From Eledone cirrhosa (taxonomy: Eukaryota), in the NCBI GenBank assembly GCA_964016885.1, contig OZ024750.1, forward strand, positions 15,748,001-15,812,000: 64,000 nucleotides of DNA, written 5' to 3'. Below, piece by piece: positions 1 through 13,313 of this stretch. Each line of letters opens with the position of its first letter. The first letter of the stretch is position 1. A program made the position numbers and the translations under genes. The notes under the pieces are model-generated. The model did not search any database. It was not told the DNA's origin and was given only the letters and a program-made list of their open reading frames with translations.

Positions 1-68
1 CAGAACGTAAAGGGCCATAACTCTATGCTACAAAGCATGGCGTCCGACGCTCTACCGATACTGCCAAT
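1..68 (-). mobile_element. tRNA-derived SINE (main family), head portion cut by the window edge
   Basis: Reverse complement reads attggcagtatcggtagagcgtcggacgccatgctttg...ttacgttctg, the same head as the other copies. Confidence 0.85.
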
Positions 69-171
69 GATTATAATACTGTCAAATTATAATTTAGTGT
101 GCAAAAAAAGGGGCGGGGGACCACGGAAGTGAAAAAGGTCAAGTCAATTTTATTGAAAAGCAGGATTTCTA

Positions 172-260
172 CATTTTTTGACGAATCGAAATATTTGTAT
201 TGGAAATACTACAGAGGAGAGTGCCATAAGGTATGGGTGTTTGGTCTGTTGGAAAGGAAC
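172..260 (+). pseudogene. Merlin/IS1595-like DDE transposase fragment
   Basis: FDESKYLYWKYYRG...VWVFGLLER resembles the IDES..RKY.RG...WVFG..ER motif of ISXO2/Merlin transposases. Confidence 0.5.
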
Positions 261-261
261 A

Positions 262-405
262 TGGGGTGCGTTGAAAAAGTAGCCGACCTTTGGGCATAGA
301 AAAACAACAACAATTTTGTACATTTCACAAATTTCATTTAATCACCTTCAAAATACCACCCCTTTGGAGTTCTCCCAACAATTCTACCACTGTTGGTAAC
401 ACACT
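262..405 (-). mobile_element. mariner 3' end (transposase C-terminus plus TIR-like end)
   Basis: Minus strand encodes ...YFEGD* (tattttgaaggtgattaa), preceded by QQW.NCWE-like codons; terminus ggggtgcgttgaaaaagt is mariner-TIR-like. Confidence 0.6.
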
Positions 406-980
406 TCTCCCAACAATTCGACCACTGCTGGTAACACACTTCTCCCAACAATTCGACCACTGCTGGTAACACACTTCTCCCAACAATTCTACCACTGATG
501 GTAACACATTGCTCCCAGTAGTTCTACCACTGATGGTAACAGATTGCTCCCAGCAGTTCTACCACTGCTGGTAACACACTTCTCCCAACAATTCTACCAC
601 TGATGGTAACACATTGCTCCCAGTAGTTCTACCACTGCTGGTAACACACTTCTCCCAACAATTCTACCACTGATGGTAACACATTGCTCCCAGCAGTTCT
701 ACCACTGCTGGTAACACACTTCTCCCAACAATTCTACCACTGATGGTAACACATTGCTCCCAGCAGTTCTACCACTGCTGGTAACACACTTCTCCCAACA
801 ATTCTACCACTGATGGTAACACATTGCTCCCAGTAGTTCTACCACTGCTGGTAACACACTTCTCCCAACAATTCTACCACTGATGGTAACACATTGCTCC
901 CAGTAGTTCTACCACTGATGGTAACACATTGCTCCCAGCAGTTCTACCACTGCTGGTAACACACTTCTCCCAACAATTCT
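371..980. repeat. 35-bp minisatellite, ~17 copies, two alternating variants (70-bp dimer)
   Basis: Units start at 371, 406, 441, 476, 511... ; variant A ttctcccaacaattctaccactgatggtaacacat, variant B tgctcccagcagttctaccactgctggtaacacac. Confidence 0.95.
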
Positions 981-1318
981 GTTCTGAGTTCAAATCCCGA
1001 CGAGGTTAGCTTTGCCTTTCATTCTTACGAGGTCGATAAAATAAAGCACCAGTAATGCACTGGGGTCAATTTAATCGACTCCCCCCCCCCCCCTCAAATT
1101 ACTGGCCTTGTGCCTATATAAGAAACCATTATTATGAATTTGAAAGGGATTGACAGTATCGGTAGAGGGTCGGACGCCATGATTTGTAGCACAGTTACGT
1201 CCCTTTACGAACTGAGTTCAAATCCTGCCTTTCATCCTTACGGGATTGATAAAATAAAGTACCAGTAATACACTGGAATAATTGGTGGCCTTGTACCAAA
1301 AAGTAGAAACAATTATTA
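981..1318 (+). mobile_element. Two tandem SINE copies (981-1134, 1148-1318)
   Basis: B-box gagttcaaatccc, body ccttacgggg..gataaaataaagtaccag; atgaattt.ga follows both copies. Confidence 0.9.
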
Positions 1319-1475
1319 TGAATTTGATATCTCAGTCATTGATGTTATTTAACCTGAAAATTTGCCCAAATTAACATCAAGCCGCTACCTGTAGCCTCAG
1401 ATATTCAGGGCGTATTGGAAGGTCCTTGCTGGTCCCGGCAGTTATGCCTTTTGAAGTGTTCCACACACACATAAC

Positions 1476-1637
1476 AAATTTAATATTAAAATGGCTTCTA
1501 TATTATTAGAACTGTTTCATTCGAAGGAAATCGAAACAGTTCTAGAAGCCATTTCTATATTAAATTTATTTGTTGTATACACCTACTAATGTATTGAGCA
1601 CCTTACTTACTGTAGTTACCCCCTATTGAACTCGATA

Positions 1638-1640
<3 letters not shown>
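1476..1640 (+). mobile_element. PLE terminus family A, collapsed fold-back plus tail
   Basis: ggcttcta..agaactgtttc/gaaacagttctagaagcc inverted repeat; tail homologous to 21150-21222 and 52666-52735; abuts (TA)n. Confidence 0.7.
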
Positions 1641-1679
<39 letters not shown>

Positions 1680-1817
1680 GTAAGTATGTTTTGAAACAGT
1701 GAACAGGTTTGAAATTAGAAAATAGAATAGCTTTCACCGTATTTTTGACTAAAGGAATTTTAGCCTGATAATGGGGTTTAGAACCCTCAGATAAATGGAA
1801 AAAGATGAGTATTGACG

Positions 1818-1869
<52 letters not shown>

Positions 1870-1872
<3 letters not shown>

Positions 1873-2202
1873 ACTGTAACGTGCAGTTAGTGTAGGTTCT
1901 CTGGAGTGAGCACTCGGTGCATAGTTTCCTGTTGCTATAGAGATGTAGAACTAAGCAGAGTGTAAATATAATAATAAAAGCACGATTTGTTTTGTTATGT
2001 ATTCATTACGATTATTGAGTAGTGGCGCGCGTTTTGCTATTGATCAGTTCAAGGTTCGATCTGTATCGATCTAGCCCGACTCACAGGATTCCAGAGTCGG
2101 ATCTAGATTGATACAGATCAAACCTTGAGCTGATCAATAGCGAAACGCGCGTCACTACTCAATACACGTAATGAAGACATAACAAATTGTCCTTTTATTA
2201 TA
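1870..2202 (-). mobile_element. PLE terminus family B, fold-back (arms ~1970-2082/2094-2202) plus tail
   Basis: ~110-bp imperfect inverted repeat containing the hammerhead 3' half gcGAAAcgcgcGTC; flanked by (TA)n; homologous to 21403-21660 and 32410-32592. Confidence 0.8.
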
Positions 2203-2220
2203 TATATATATATATATATA

Positions 2221-2662
2221 TTAGTAAAAAGGAAAAGAAAATGCTGACAAATTTTTCCCAGTGAAAAATAGTTTAGTTAGGAATAAGTATAAATTAGTAA
2301 TAAGTATTAGTTAGTATTCAGTTTTAGTTTTAATTTTTTACCGGTTGCGCATTTCTTATGCTTTTCAAAGATAATTTGGAGATAGAGTGCTCGTGATTTT
2401 TTCTCTAATAATAATAAAAAAAAAAAAATATTTAAGGAGCTGGTTAGAGCAAAAATCACGAGCACTCTATCTCCAAATTATTTTTGAAAAGCATAAGAAA
2501 TGCGCAACCGGTAAAAGCTTAAAACTAAAACTGAATACTAACTAATACTTATTACTAATTTATACTTATTCCTAATTAAACTATTTTTCACTGGGAAAAA
2601 TTTGTCACCATTTTCTTTTCCTTTTACTAATATATCACAACTCGTGTGTCACATCTCTATTA

Positions 2663-2665
<3 letters not shown>
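2221..2665 (+). mobile_element. PLE-like terminus family C, fold-back with ~188-bp arms plus tail
   Basis: 2221-2408 is the reverse complement of 2443-2631; (TA)n on both sides; second copy at 44540-44760. Confidence 0.8.
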
Positions 2666-2694
<29 letters not shown>

Positions 2695-2699
<5 letters not shown>

Positions 2700-2874
2700 G
2701 TTTCTACTTTAGGCACAAGGCCAGCAATTACCCAGTGCATTACTGGTACTTTATTTTATCGACCCCGTAAGGATGAAAGGCAAAGTCAACCTCGGCGGGA
2801 TTTGAACTCAGATTGTAAAGGGACATAACTATGCTGGAAAGCATGGCGTCCGACCCTCTACCGATACTGCCAAT
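2695..2874 (-). mobile_element. SINE (short-tail variant)
   Basis: Full family consensus on the minus strand. Confidence 0.9.
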
Positions 2875-3334
2875 ATAATGCATATGTTTATGTGTGTGTG
2901 AAAATATCACGTTTCCAGGTTGTTTTCTTTGGTTGACATTTCTGTAATAGATAAGTGTAAAAAAAACTGCTAAAATCATAGAAATAACATAAGCAAATGA
3001 TCTTTTTATATTTTCCTTCATGTTAGACTGCATACGTTATTTCAAAGATTAGTGCCACCGATTGAAATTAATATGGATGGCATTAAGCAATATTCAAAGT
3101 CCTCAGTATCTTATCATGTTTGAACTATAAATATTTCTGCTATCATGCCCACGGATTTGTGAATGTGATTGAAGATCAGCTGGGCGCTGTTTTGTAATTC
3201 ACAACGTTTTCTTTTACTGTTTTTTGCCACCAAGCGATTGAATCCGCGACATTTTAAGTGTCATTAAGAAAAGACAAGATACAAGTATAAATGCAAAAAA
3301 AAAAAAAAAAAAAAAAAAAAGATTCACTGAATCT

Positions 3335-4113
3335 TCATCAGGCTTTACCAATCTGATACGGGTTTTGAACTCAGAATGTTAAGAGACAGAATGACGCTTT
3401 ACCACATCTGCTAATCCACCATCTTGATAAATATTAGTTTCTGATTTAGGCACAAGGCCACAATTTTGGGGGAAGGGAAAGTCGGTTAAATCGATCTCAG
3501 TGCATGACTGGTACTTTATTTTATCGGCCCCGTAATGATGAAAGGCAAAGTTAACTTCGGCTAGATTTGAACTCAGATCATAAAGGGCCGTAACTCTATG
3601 CCACAAAGCATGTCCTATTCTCCACCGATACAGCCAATCCTCCATCTTGATAAATATTGGTTTCTAATATAGGCACAAGGCCAACAATTTTGGGGGAGGG
3701 GAAAGTCGATTAAATCGATCCTAGTGCATGACTGCACTACAATCAATCCTACTTTATTTTATCGACCCCGTAAACATGAAAGGCAAAGTTAACTTCGGCA
3801 AGATTTGAATTCAGATCGTAAAGGGCCGTAACTCTATGCCACAAAGCATGTCCGATTCTCCACCGATACAGCCAATCCATCGCCTTAATAAATATTAGTT
3901 TCTAATATAGGCACAGGGCCAACAATTTTGGGGGAGGGGAAAGTCGATTAAATTGATCCCTGTGCATGACTGGTACTTTATTTTATCTACCCCGTAAAGA
4001 TAAAAGGTAACGTTAACTTCATCAATATTTGAACTCAGATCATAAAGGACCGTAACTCCATGTCATAAAGCATGCTGTCCGACTTTCCACCGATACTGCC
4101 AATCCACCACCCT
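3335..4113 (-). mobile_element. Head-to-tail array of 3 SINEs plus one old head
   Basis: Copies at ~3430-3645, 3652-3885 and 3890-4113, separated by tt(g/a)ataaatatt. Confidence 0.9.
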
Positions 4114-4426
4114 TGGGAAATATTGAAATATGAAAAGTCTTAACGTATGAAGTAAGAGACATTAAACACATTATCAGTCAGTAACTTCTTATACTGCAAC
4201 AAATGTCTTCAAGGTATTTCTATGTGTGGACCTCCTGGTAGAGTCATAGGGACACTGTAGTTACATACAGGGTGCCATGAGCACTTTAAACCTGGCATAG
4301 CTCGTCTTCTCTCCAGGTTCCAACATAGCCGATTGTTTTTTTCCAGAGAGAAAATTATTATTAGACAAGTTGATTGGCATCATTGAGAGAGAAATGGAGA
4401 GACTACATTTGACAAATAAACTGCTT

Positions 4427-4660
4427 AATGAACACAACCACAAGGATATGGTCCGAACGTGGAAGAGCCGAACACCCACTGTCATCGCCTCCATCTCTCT
4501 CGCCCCCCCCCATCTCTCTGTATGGTAAGCAAATGGGGACCCACGTACTGCCCCCCCTCCCTACATCCCCCCGGCGGACAGAGTGGAGAAGGCGTTTCCC
4601 CGGAGGATAATAAGGGAGATGCGGCGCTGGAAGAGCCTTTCCAGCTCGCGTCGCTCAAAA
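4427..4660 (-). mobile_element. CRE-clade-like non-LTR retrotransposon 3' end
   Basis: Minus strand encodes ..RISLIILRGNAFSTLSAG followed by a shared 3'UTR; near-identical to 25858-26049. Confidence 0.7.
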
Positions 4661-5048
4661 CCTACTTACAAGATCACTTATGATTGCCGTACAGATAGTG
4701 TTAAACATACCGCAATATAGAAAATGTTTACACGTTCAAGAACATGGAAACATTATTGAAAACTTGCAGTCAATGCTTCCCCTACCCGTTAAAGTAAATA
4801 CCATTATACTTGATATAGTCACGATTAAAAAAACAACATAACAGCTGCTGGTTGTGAAAGTTATGTGTACAATCTATGTAAGTATCGGATGCGTTCAAAA
4901 ACTAACGGACACGTAAGCCCGAATATGGAGGAGCCCCATGTTATTGAAAGACCATGACATTTATAAATTAAAACAATGAAAAAGTAAAATCTCAAATAAT
5001 ATCCGAGATATAGTATTTTATAATCAGGGAAAGACTTTATGCTCAGCC

Positions 5049-5081
<33 letters not shown>

Positions 5082-5086
<5 letters not shown>

Positions 5087-5273
5087 AACCAGTAAGACCC
5101 CGACAGCTGAGCTCAAGCCGTTTCGACGGCTAATTCTAATGAGAATTAGCCGTCGAAACGGCTTGAGCTCAGCTGTCGGGGTCTTACTGGTTCCTATTAC
5201 CCACTCTACTACCTCAAGTATTGAGTACTTTGGTGCGTTATGGTCCACCTGGTTCCTTACCACATTTCCTTCG

Positions 5274-5276
<3 letters not shown>
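5082..5276 (+). mobile_element. PLE terminus family D, perfect 56-bp fold-back plus tail
   Basis: Arms 5082-5137/5142-5197 contain gtcGAAAcggcttgagctcagctGTC (hammerhead 3' half); embedded in (TA)n. Confidence 0.85.
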
Positions 5277-5335
<59 letters not shown>

Positions 5336-5437
5336 ATAGCTTTCACCGTATTTTTAACTAAAGGAATTTTAGCTTGATAATTTTAGCTTGATAGGGTTTA
5401 GAACCCTCAGATAAATGGAAAAAGATGAGTATTGACG

Positions 5438-5522
<85 letters not shown>

Positions 5523-5635
5523 CGATCGGATTAAACTCTGACCTGCCTTTTACTTATCTTGCTGTGGACTATAAAATCACATTTGAGCTTTGAAATATTC
5601 TTTGCCTTTATATGGTTGTGTTATCAACTTATCTA

Positions 5636-5690
<55 letters not shown>

Positions 5691-5697
<7 letters not shown>

Positions 5698-6000
5698 CCA
5701 GTATTTGCGGATGTTACGTTCCTGGAGTACCCGCGAAGAATAAAAAAATCCGCGAATATTGGACGTGGTCCATAAAAATGCCTATAGATGTCAAAATATA
5801 GGCCGGCAAATACGTTATAATGTTATTAATAATTTAGCCTTAAAAAGCGTGAAAAAATGTATATTGTCACGAAAATAGCCATAAAAAATTGCGGAAGATA
5901 TTTACGATTCCGCAAATATGCGATGGTTTCCACGAACAATTATTAGTTAGGTTCTAAGGAAAATTCCGCGAATACCCGGGACCTCGATGCAGTGGTTTCA

Positions 6001-6003
<3 letters not shown>
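5691..6003. mobile_element. Tigger/pogo-like MITE remnant
   Basis: Ends tagtctcc...gtatttgcgg and ccgcgaatac...ggtttcactg, flanked by TA. Confidence 0.5.
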
Positions 6004-6041
<38 letters not shown>

Positions 6042-6079
6042 ATACCATTTAAGCTAATAATTATAATTATTAGCTTCAT

Positions 6080-6825
6080 TGAATGGCCGTTGGGTTTCAC
6101 GAGTTCTTCCACCATCTGTTGGGTTTTAGTTTTCGTCCCCTAAGGTGTCTAAAACTATCTTCATCACCAAAAAATCTTGATGGGGCTGTTGGTTTAGCTG
6201 CCGCCTACCAGATCATGTAGAATGTTCTAGTGGGTTACATGTTATCAGCAGTACCCGAGAGCGACCTGACATGATTCCTACATGCATACATACACATATG
6301 ATGGCTGAAAACTCTGCTAAGAGTATTGCAATCGCTTGTCAGATTACAGAAAATAGTGCACTTTTAGGCTACGGCCAGCCACATGAACCTGTAACAGATC
6401 CTGAACAAGCAATGCCTGTGCTTGAAGGTTTTTTAAGTTGAGAAAGGCCTTGCTCTCGACCAATCCCACTCTCTGAGCATCGAAAACACAACCTGTAAAG
6501 GAGAACTGGTCAACATCATCGGATACTTTCCAAGCCGCAGATTTTTTTCAGAGTTTTCCTCTTTTAGAAAGGTGTTGTGACAACAATTGGGGGCCTTTCA
6601 TTCCCAGGTAAAAAAAAAAAAAGAAAAGTACTATTTGGATGGCCGTTGACTTTGCCGAGTTCCTCCGCCCTTTACCTTGTATTTCATCCCGCAGGGTGTC
6701 CAAATATCACCCTCCTTACGAAGTAAGCTTGGTGGGGTTGCCGATTTAGTCGCCGACGACCCGACCATGAGACAGGTGGTTCAGGGTTATATGTTACCAG
6801 TAACACTCAAGAGCGACCTGGCATA
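6080..6825 (-). mobile_element. Two diverged RTE-5'UTR-derived elements (6080-6272, ~6385-6825)
   Basis: Reverse complement matches 55663-56030 (caggtcgctc..ggtaacat..gtcgtcggcgactaaa..ccaccaag..ggagggtga..ggccatccaaa). Confidence 0.75.
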
Positions 6826-7042
6826 CATACACACACATCACATACCCACATATATACACAAATATATTTGTATACAATAACATATATTTTGTGTGTGTGT
6901 GTGTACGCGCGCACCTAATACTTCTGTTACTCGCAAAGATCAATCAAAACAATTGATTTCATTTATCGAACCTAGTGCGTGGGATGTATAGATATTTACC
7001 ACACACACACACGGTAGTCGATCGCTATCGAGAATGACTATA

Positions 7043-7096
<54 letters not shown>

Positions 7097-7100
7097 GCTA

Positions 7101-7198
<98 letters not shown>

Positions 7199-7210
7199 CA
7201 TATATATATA

Positions 7211-7936
<726 letters not shown>

Positions 7937-8279
7937 GATAGAACCAGTTTTAAATTAGTTAGATCATTATTCAACAGAGTACTCGATACTTGGAATAGTA
8001 GAGTTAGATTATTGTTGAAGAGGTTGATGGAATATATATGTCATACATTCATCCTTGAATCATAAAGTGGATTTAGAACCGACAGAGGGACGATTGATAT
8101 GCAAGACAAGAGAAATGTATTGAGAAGTGGGTTCCTCTGTATCGGGTGTTTGTATATCAGACAAGGTCTCGTGATACAGGGAAAGTACGGTGCCTACCAA
8201 AGTTTGTTGATATGTCTGTCCAGCTGCTTGGAGATAATAAGTCTCCGGTTGTCTTTAATGGAGAATTGTCCAATGAAAA

Positions 8280-9220
8280 TCCCAGTTGACAAAGCGTAAA
8301 GCAAGGAGATATCCTGGCTCCCACATTATTCTCAATATCATTTACGAATTTTCAACATCAAGAATACCTGACATCAGGGGTCTCGTTTGCCTTAAAAATG
8401 TGAGGAGGACCAACCAAAATTTGTTGATTCTTAAAGGAGCATAAATTGCTTATGGTGCCTTTCCCGGACCCTATCACATAAAATTTTACGCTAATTAAAT
8501 TTTATATATTCAAATGAAGTTCAGATATAAAAAATAAGTTTAAAAAGAATTATTATATCAAATAAACAAAAAATAAAATATAGACGTACCCCCCTGAAAC
8601 AAGGCCCTTTCCTGACACCTTATAGATGCTGGATGCACAAGCATTGAATCTGCCATCATATCCTCTCAAATGGATTTTGCAGGCCATGCCGTACGTATGA
8701 ATGATGTTAGACTTCGAAAACAACCTATTTTACAGCCAATTGCACGCTAGGAAACATCCTCAGCGTAAACCAAGAAAAAGATATAAAGGCTGGATAAAAA
8801 AAAAACAGACTGAAGTTCGAAACTAGGAAGTGCTAACATTAAAGAAGTTTGAATGGAGAGGATTGTGCAAAGGAATGTTTGAAGTGAGAAAACTCGACCA
8901 TGAAAGACTTAAGCGTCAGCTTTGAATAGGTCACAGTATGAACCTCAATACGAATATAGGGAGCTGGAGATGTGAAGTGTGTGGTCGTCTAATGCTCTCT
9001 GAATTTGACTGCACCACTCATCTAAAATCACATGAAGGACCAACTGTATGCAGCACTTTCCCTCCAATACTAGGTGAGATAACATATGTGGTGTATAGAA
9101 AAATCTGCAAATCAATTTCTGGTTTTAAAAAGCATCTGAGATATATAAGGATGACATTATATGAACTGAGCCAATCAATCCAATAGAGGCGACATCTCTT
9201 GTTTGTCACATTAGCTGCAA
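8280..9220 (+). pseudogene. Decayed RTE LINE fragments (RT motif, C-terminal Zn fingers)
   Basis: VKQGDILAPTLFSI at ~8296; GHAVRMNDVRL at ~8682; CEVCGR...HLKSH at ~8970. Confidence 0.75.
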
Positions 9221-9328
9221 AGAGAGAGAGAGAAAGAGAGAGAGACAGAGAGAGAGAAGAGAGAGAGAGAGAGAAGAGAGAGAGAAAGAGAGAAATCGAC
9301 ACAGTAGTTGACTTGTATTATGAAGTAT

Positions 9329-9510
9329 GGGTGGTGTATTGGCAGTATCGGTAGAGGGTCGGACGCCATGCTTTGCAGCATAGAGTTACGGCCCTTTACT
9401 GTCTGAGTTCAAATTCCGTCGGTCTTTCATCCTTACGGGGTCGACAAAATAAAGTACCAGTAATGCACCGGGGTAATTGCTGGCCTTGTGTCAAAAATAG
9501 AAACAATTAT
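9329..9510 (+). mobile_element. SINE
   Basis: Family consensus. Confidence 0.9.
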
Positions 9511-10008
9511 ATTTATCGATCCTTCAAGGACGAACAGCATACTTGTCTTTAGATAGAGAGAGTCAAAAACAAATATACCGCAATGCATTCTATCCGACGC
9601 TCTTAAGACTCAGTACATATACCGCTTACATCACAAACAACAAGTATCTCTATTGAAACGGTCGTGTTAAAGACTGCACAACTACCGCCCACATTACATA
9701 CATGTATCTCTATTGAAACAGTCATATTTTTCTTTGCACAAACTACCGCCCACATCAATAATGTATGTGTGTTGAGACGATCTCGTTTTCCCGACCTTTA
9801 AATCGTGAAGTTAATTTCACCAATAATCAATAGTTCAGAATCTTGTAGCTAATGTGACGATAACAGATATATATGACCAGTCTGGTTGAAAAACTATATA
9901 TCGATTTTACTATAAAATTCCTCTACCTTCTCCACCCTAAACCACAAACATCTGTTACATGTTTTTTTATTTGTAAATTAAGACAATAAGAAGGAATGCT
10001 TTGCATTG

Positions 10009-10075
<67 letters not shown>

Positions 10076-10246
10076 CACTCTTTACTCTTCTCTCCTGCTC
10101 TGTCTCCCTGTCTCTGTCTCTTTCTATCCTCACCTCTCTCTTTCTCTCTCGTTTTCGTTTTTTTTTCTTTTTTTTTTTCATTTAGCTATTGTATTTTACC
10201 TTTTTATCAACATTCAGAGATGTGTACGCTGGTGCGTGGGTGTGTA

Positions 10247-10403
<157 letters not shown>

Positions 10404-10543
10404 AAAGAAGTGAAAAAGGAAGTGTATGTGTGCATATGCTGGCAAATTGATTTATTCAGGAAGGAGAGTGTGAAAGAAAAGATGAGATTGAATTTTATTG
10501 CAAACGTGTAAAATGTTTCAGCAACATTTTATGTGAATGGGAA

Positions 10544-10692
10544 TGTATATGTGGTTATTAGTATAATCGAGTGTATATGTGGTTATTAGTATAATCGAGT
10601 GTATATGTGGTTATTAGTATAATCGAGTGTATATGTGGTTATTAATATAATCCAGTGTATATGTGGTTATTAGTATAATCGAGTGTATATGT
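10544..10692. repeat. 28-bp tandem repeat, ~5 copies
   Basis: tgtatatgtggttattagtataatcgag repeated. Confidence 0.9.
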
Positions 10693-10849
10693 ATACAATT
10701 AAGTAGTAATTTGGTAGAGTTGTTAGAATGTCGGATAGAATGCTGCTTTGTTGCATTCGTTCTGGTTCTCTGCTCTCTCAGTTCAAAACCCACCGAGGTC
10801 AATTTTGCCTTTCACTCTTTCGAAGATGATAAAATAAAGAAACAGTCTA

Positions 10850-11066
10850 GGACGTCTCCCTCACCATCCTCCGGGTAAGCGCCTTCTCTATTCTGTCCGC
10901 CGGGGCCGCGGGAGGCCGGTCAACCGGGACTGCGGGAGGGCTACTCCCTCGGGATCGCGGGTGGCCTGTCAGCCGGGGCCGCGAGGTGACCAACGCGGGG
11001 GACTCCAATTGTTCATAATAATGAGGTATGGGAGAGAGTGGGGGAGAGACGGAGGCAGTGACAGTG
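10850..11066 (+). mobile_element. CRE-like 3' end fragment
   Basis: gtctccctcaccatcctccggg...gccttctctattctgtccgccgggg plus the family 3'UTR. Confidence 0.65.
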
Positions 11067-11250
11067 GATTGGCAGTATCGGTAGAGGGTCGGACGCCATG
11101 CTTTGACGCATAGAGTTACGGCCCTTGCCATTCTGAGTTCAAATCCCGCCGAGGTTAACTTTTCCTTTCATCCTTACGGAGTCGATAAAATAAAGTACCA
11201 GTAATGCACTGGATATTTGCTGGCCTTGTACCAAAAGTAGAAACAATTAT
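11064..11250 (+). mobile_element. SINE
   Basis: Family consensus. Confidence 0.9.
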
Positions 11251-11321
11251 TTTTTTAAAATTTCTTGTCAAAATTAGGGTGCGTCCTCGAGGACGATGCG
11301 TCATCGGCGCCGGGAAATACG

Positions 11322-11395
<74 letters not shown>

Positions 11396-11407
<12 letters not shown>

Positions 11408-11818
11408 AAGTTGGAAATAGCACGGAAAATAGCATTCTCCAGCCAAATTTTGAGTAAGAAAGATGGAAGAAAACTTACTCCAACATTTGATTTTAATTTT
11501 AAATCTTTAATTTTTAGTTTTTAACTCCTATTAATTCTTTTTAATTTTTTATTTCAATATTCAACATTTGATAAGATGAATTTTAATAATACATCGAAAC
11601 CGGTAATACTTTATATACTTTATATACATTATAAAACTTTTTTAAAAAAAGAATTGTCCTTCTCATTTTTTCAATAATGTTATATTTTCAATAATGTCAC
11701 TTTGACGAATCAAAGAAAGGATAAAAAAAGAAAAACAGACACTAAAATATATTTCCCGTGCTATTTCCGACTTCACCTTTTCTCTATATCCATTGTTTTG
11801 TATAGAACCTTACTTCCC

Positions 11819-11826
<8 letters not shown>
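11396..11826 (+). mobile_element. PLE-like terminus with ~35-bp inverted ends and a decayed hammerhead
   Basis: 11396-11431 inverted with 11750-11784; tTGATAAgatg...catcGAAAccgGTA at ~11568-11605. Confidence 0.55.
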
Positions 11827-11854
<28 letters not shown>

Positions 11855-11857
<3 letters not shown>

Positions 11858-12081
11858 CGAAGGAAATGTGGTAAGGAACCAGGTGGACCATAACGCACCA
11901 AAGTACTCAATACTTGAGGTAGTAGAGTGGGTAATAGGAACCAGTAAGACCCCGACAGCTGAGCTCAAGCCGTTTCGACGGCTAATTCTGGACTAAAATG
12001 GACTAAAATTCTGGACTAAAATTTTAGTCCAGAATTAGCCGTCGAAACGGCTTGAGCTCAGCTGTCGGGGTCTTACTGGTT

Positions 12082-12085
<4 letters not shown>
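11855..12085 (-). mobile_element. PLE terminus family D, fold-back with reiterated centre
   Basis: Arms ~11935-11999/12022-12085; the centre carries three copies of ggactaaaat. Confidence 0.85.
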
Positions 12086-12165
<80 letters not shown>

Positions 12166-12593
12166 TTTGAACTGAGAGAGCAGCGGGCCAGAACACATAT
12201 CGCAAAGCATTCGTTCTGACGTTCTAACAACTCTGCCAAATCACCTTCAAACAACATAACAGTTTTAGCTATAAAAATACTCCGCTCCACTTTGTACACT
12301 CTTATAATAATACGTTCAACAAAACTAAATAGGTACAATTCTGCTAGTATATGATTCATGAGTTATAAATGCTGTGGGATAACTTAAGTTATGTAAGTGG
12401 ATTTGCTGGAACTATAAATATACCTGTAGTGTTTCTATAAATTACAACAGCCTAGCTCTGGGGAGCTTTCCTTTAACAGAAACGAGGAGGGGAGCGGTCG
12501 ATAAAGATGAGGACTTCCTTAGTTTGCTTTTCTAAGTTCAAGCTCTGCTATAGATTCAGAATATCATTCTACTTATGTTTCATACTTTGTAAT

Positions 12594-13313
12594 AGGCGGC
12601 GAATTGGCAGAGTCGTTAAAACGTCGGAAAGAATGCTTTACAGTATTTGTTCCGGTTCTCAGCTCTCTGAGTTCAAATCCGGCCGCGGTCAACTTTGCCT
12701 TTCGAAGTCGATAAAAAAAAGTACCAGTCTAATACTGGGGTCAATTTTTCCTCTCTCTGGAAGAAATCTGCTGTACTCAGGCCTGGAGAAGGATGGGCTC
12801 CGGCCAGGCTTAAAATGCCCAAGAGACGCCGTGTGTCAATACGGCACCCCTACGAGTATTTCAGGAATTGCGGGACCATACCATACCATCATTATATAAT
12901 GTCTTCTGATTTAGCGGGAGGGGAAAATTAGTTATTTCATTGGTACTTTATGTTATTGACCCCCCCCGGAAACAAGGTTGTCTGTGGCGGTTTTGAACGC
13001 GGAATATAAAAAAAACAGGAACAAATGCCGCAAAGCATTTTATCCGACGCTCTAACGATTCTTGCATTATTAAATAAGGATCGAGGGCGGTGGAATGGCA
13101 GTATCTGTAGAGGGTCGGACACCATGCTTTGCAGCATAGAGTTACGGCCCTTTGTGATCTGAGTTCAAATCCCGCGGAAGTTAACTTTGCCTTGCCTTTC
13201 ATCCTTACGGGGTCGATAAAATAAAGTACCAGTCACGCACTGGAGTCGATTTAATCTACTTTCCCCTCCCACCAAAATTGCTGGCCTTGTGCCTAAATAA
13301 GAAACCATTATTA
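12594..13313. mobile_element. SINE cluster (12594-12746 +, ~12920-13070 -, 13085-13313 +)
   Basis: Family head, B-box and tail motifs. Confidence 0.8.

Noticed and set aside
371-980. Regular 35-bp repeats resembling a CRISPR array
   Set aside because: No unique spacers, no cas genes, eukaryotic context
3318-3345. CTGATGA plus hairpin on the minus strand as a hammerhead
   Set aside because: No GAAA or NUH after the stem
5024-5339. Mirror ORFs on both strands ([16 protein letters not shown]), also at 41449-42035
   Set aside because: Consequence of DNA palindromes, not of coding function
9340-9420. SINE heads as tRNA genes
   Set aside because: A/B-box-like motifs are present, but there is no cloverleaf and each is followed by SINE body
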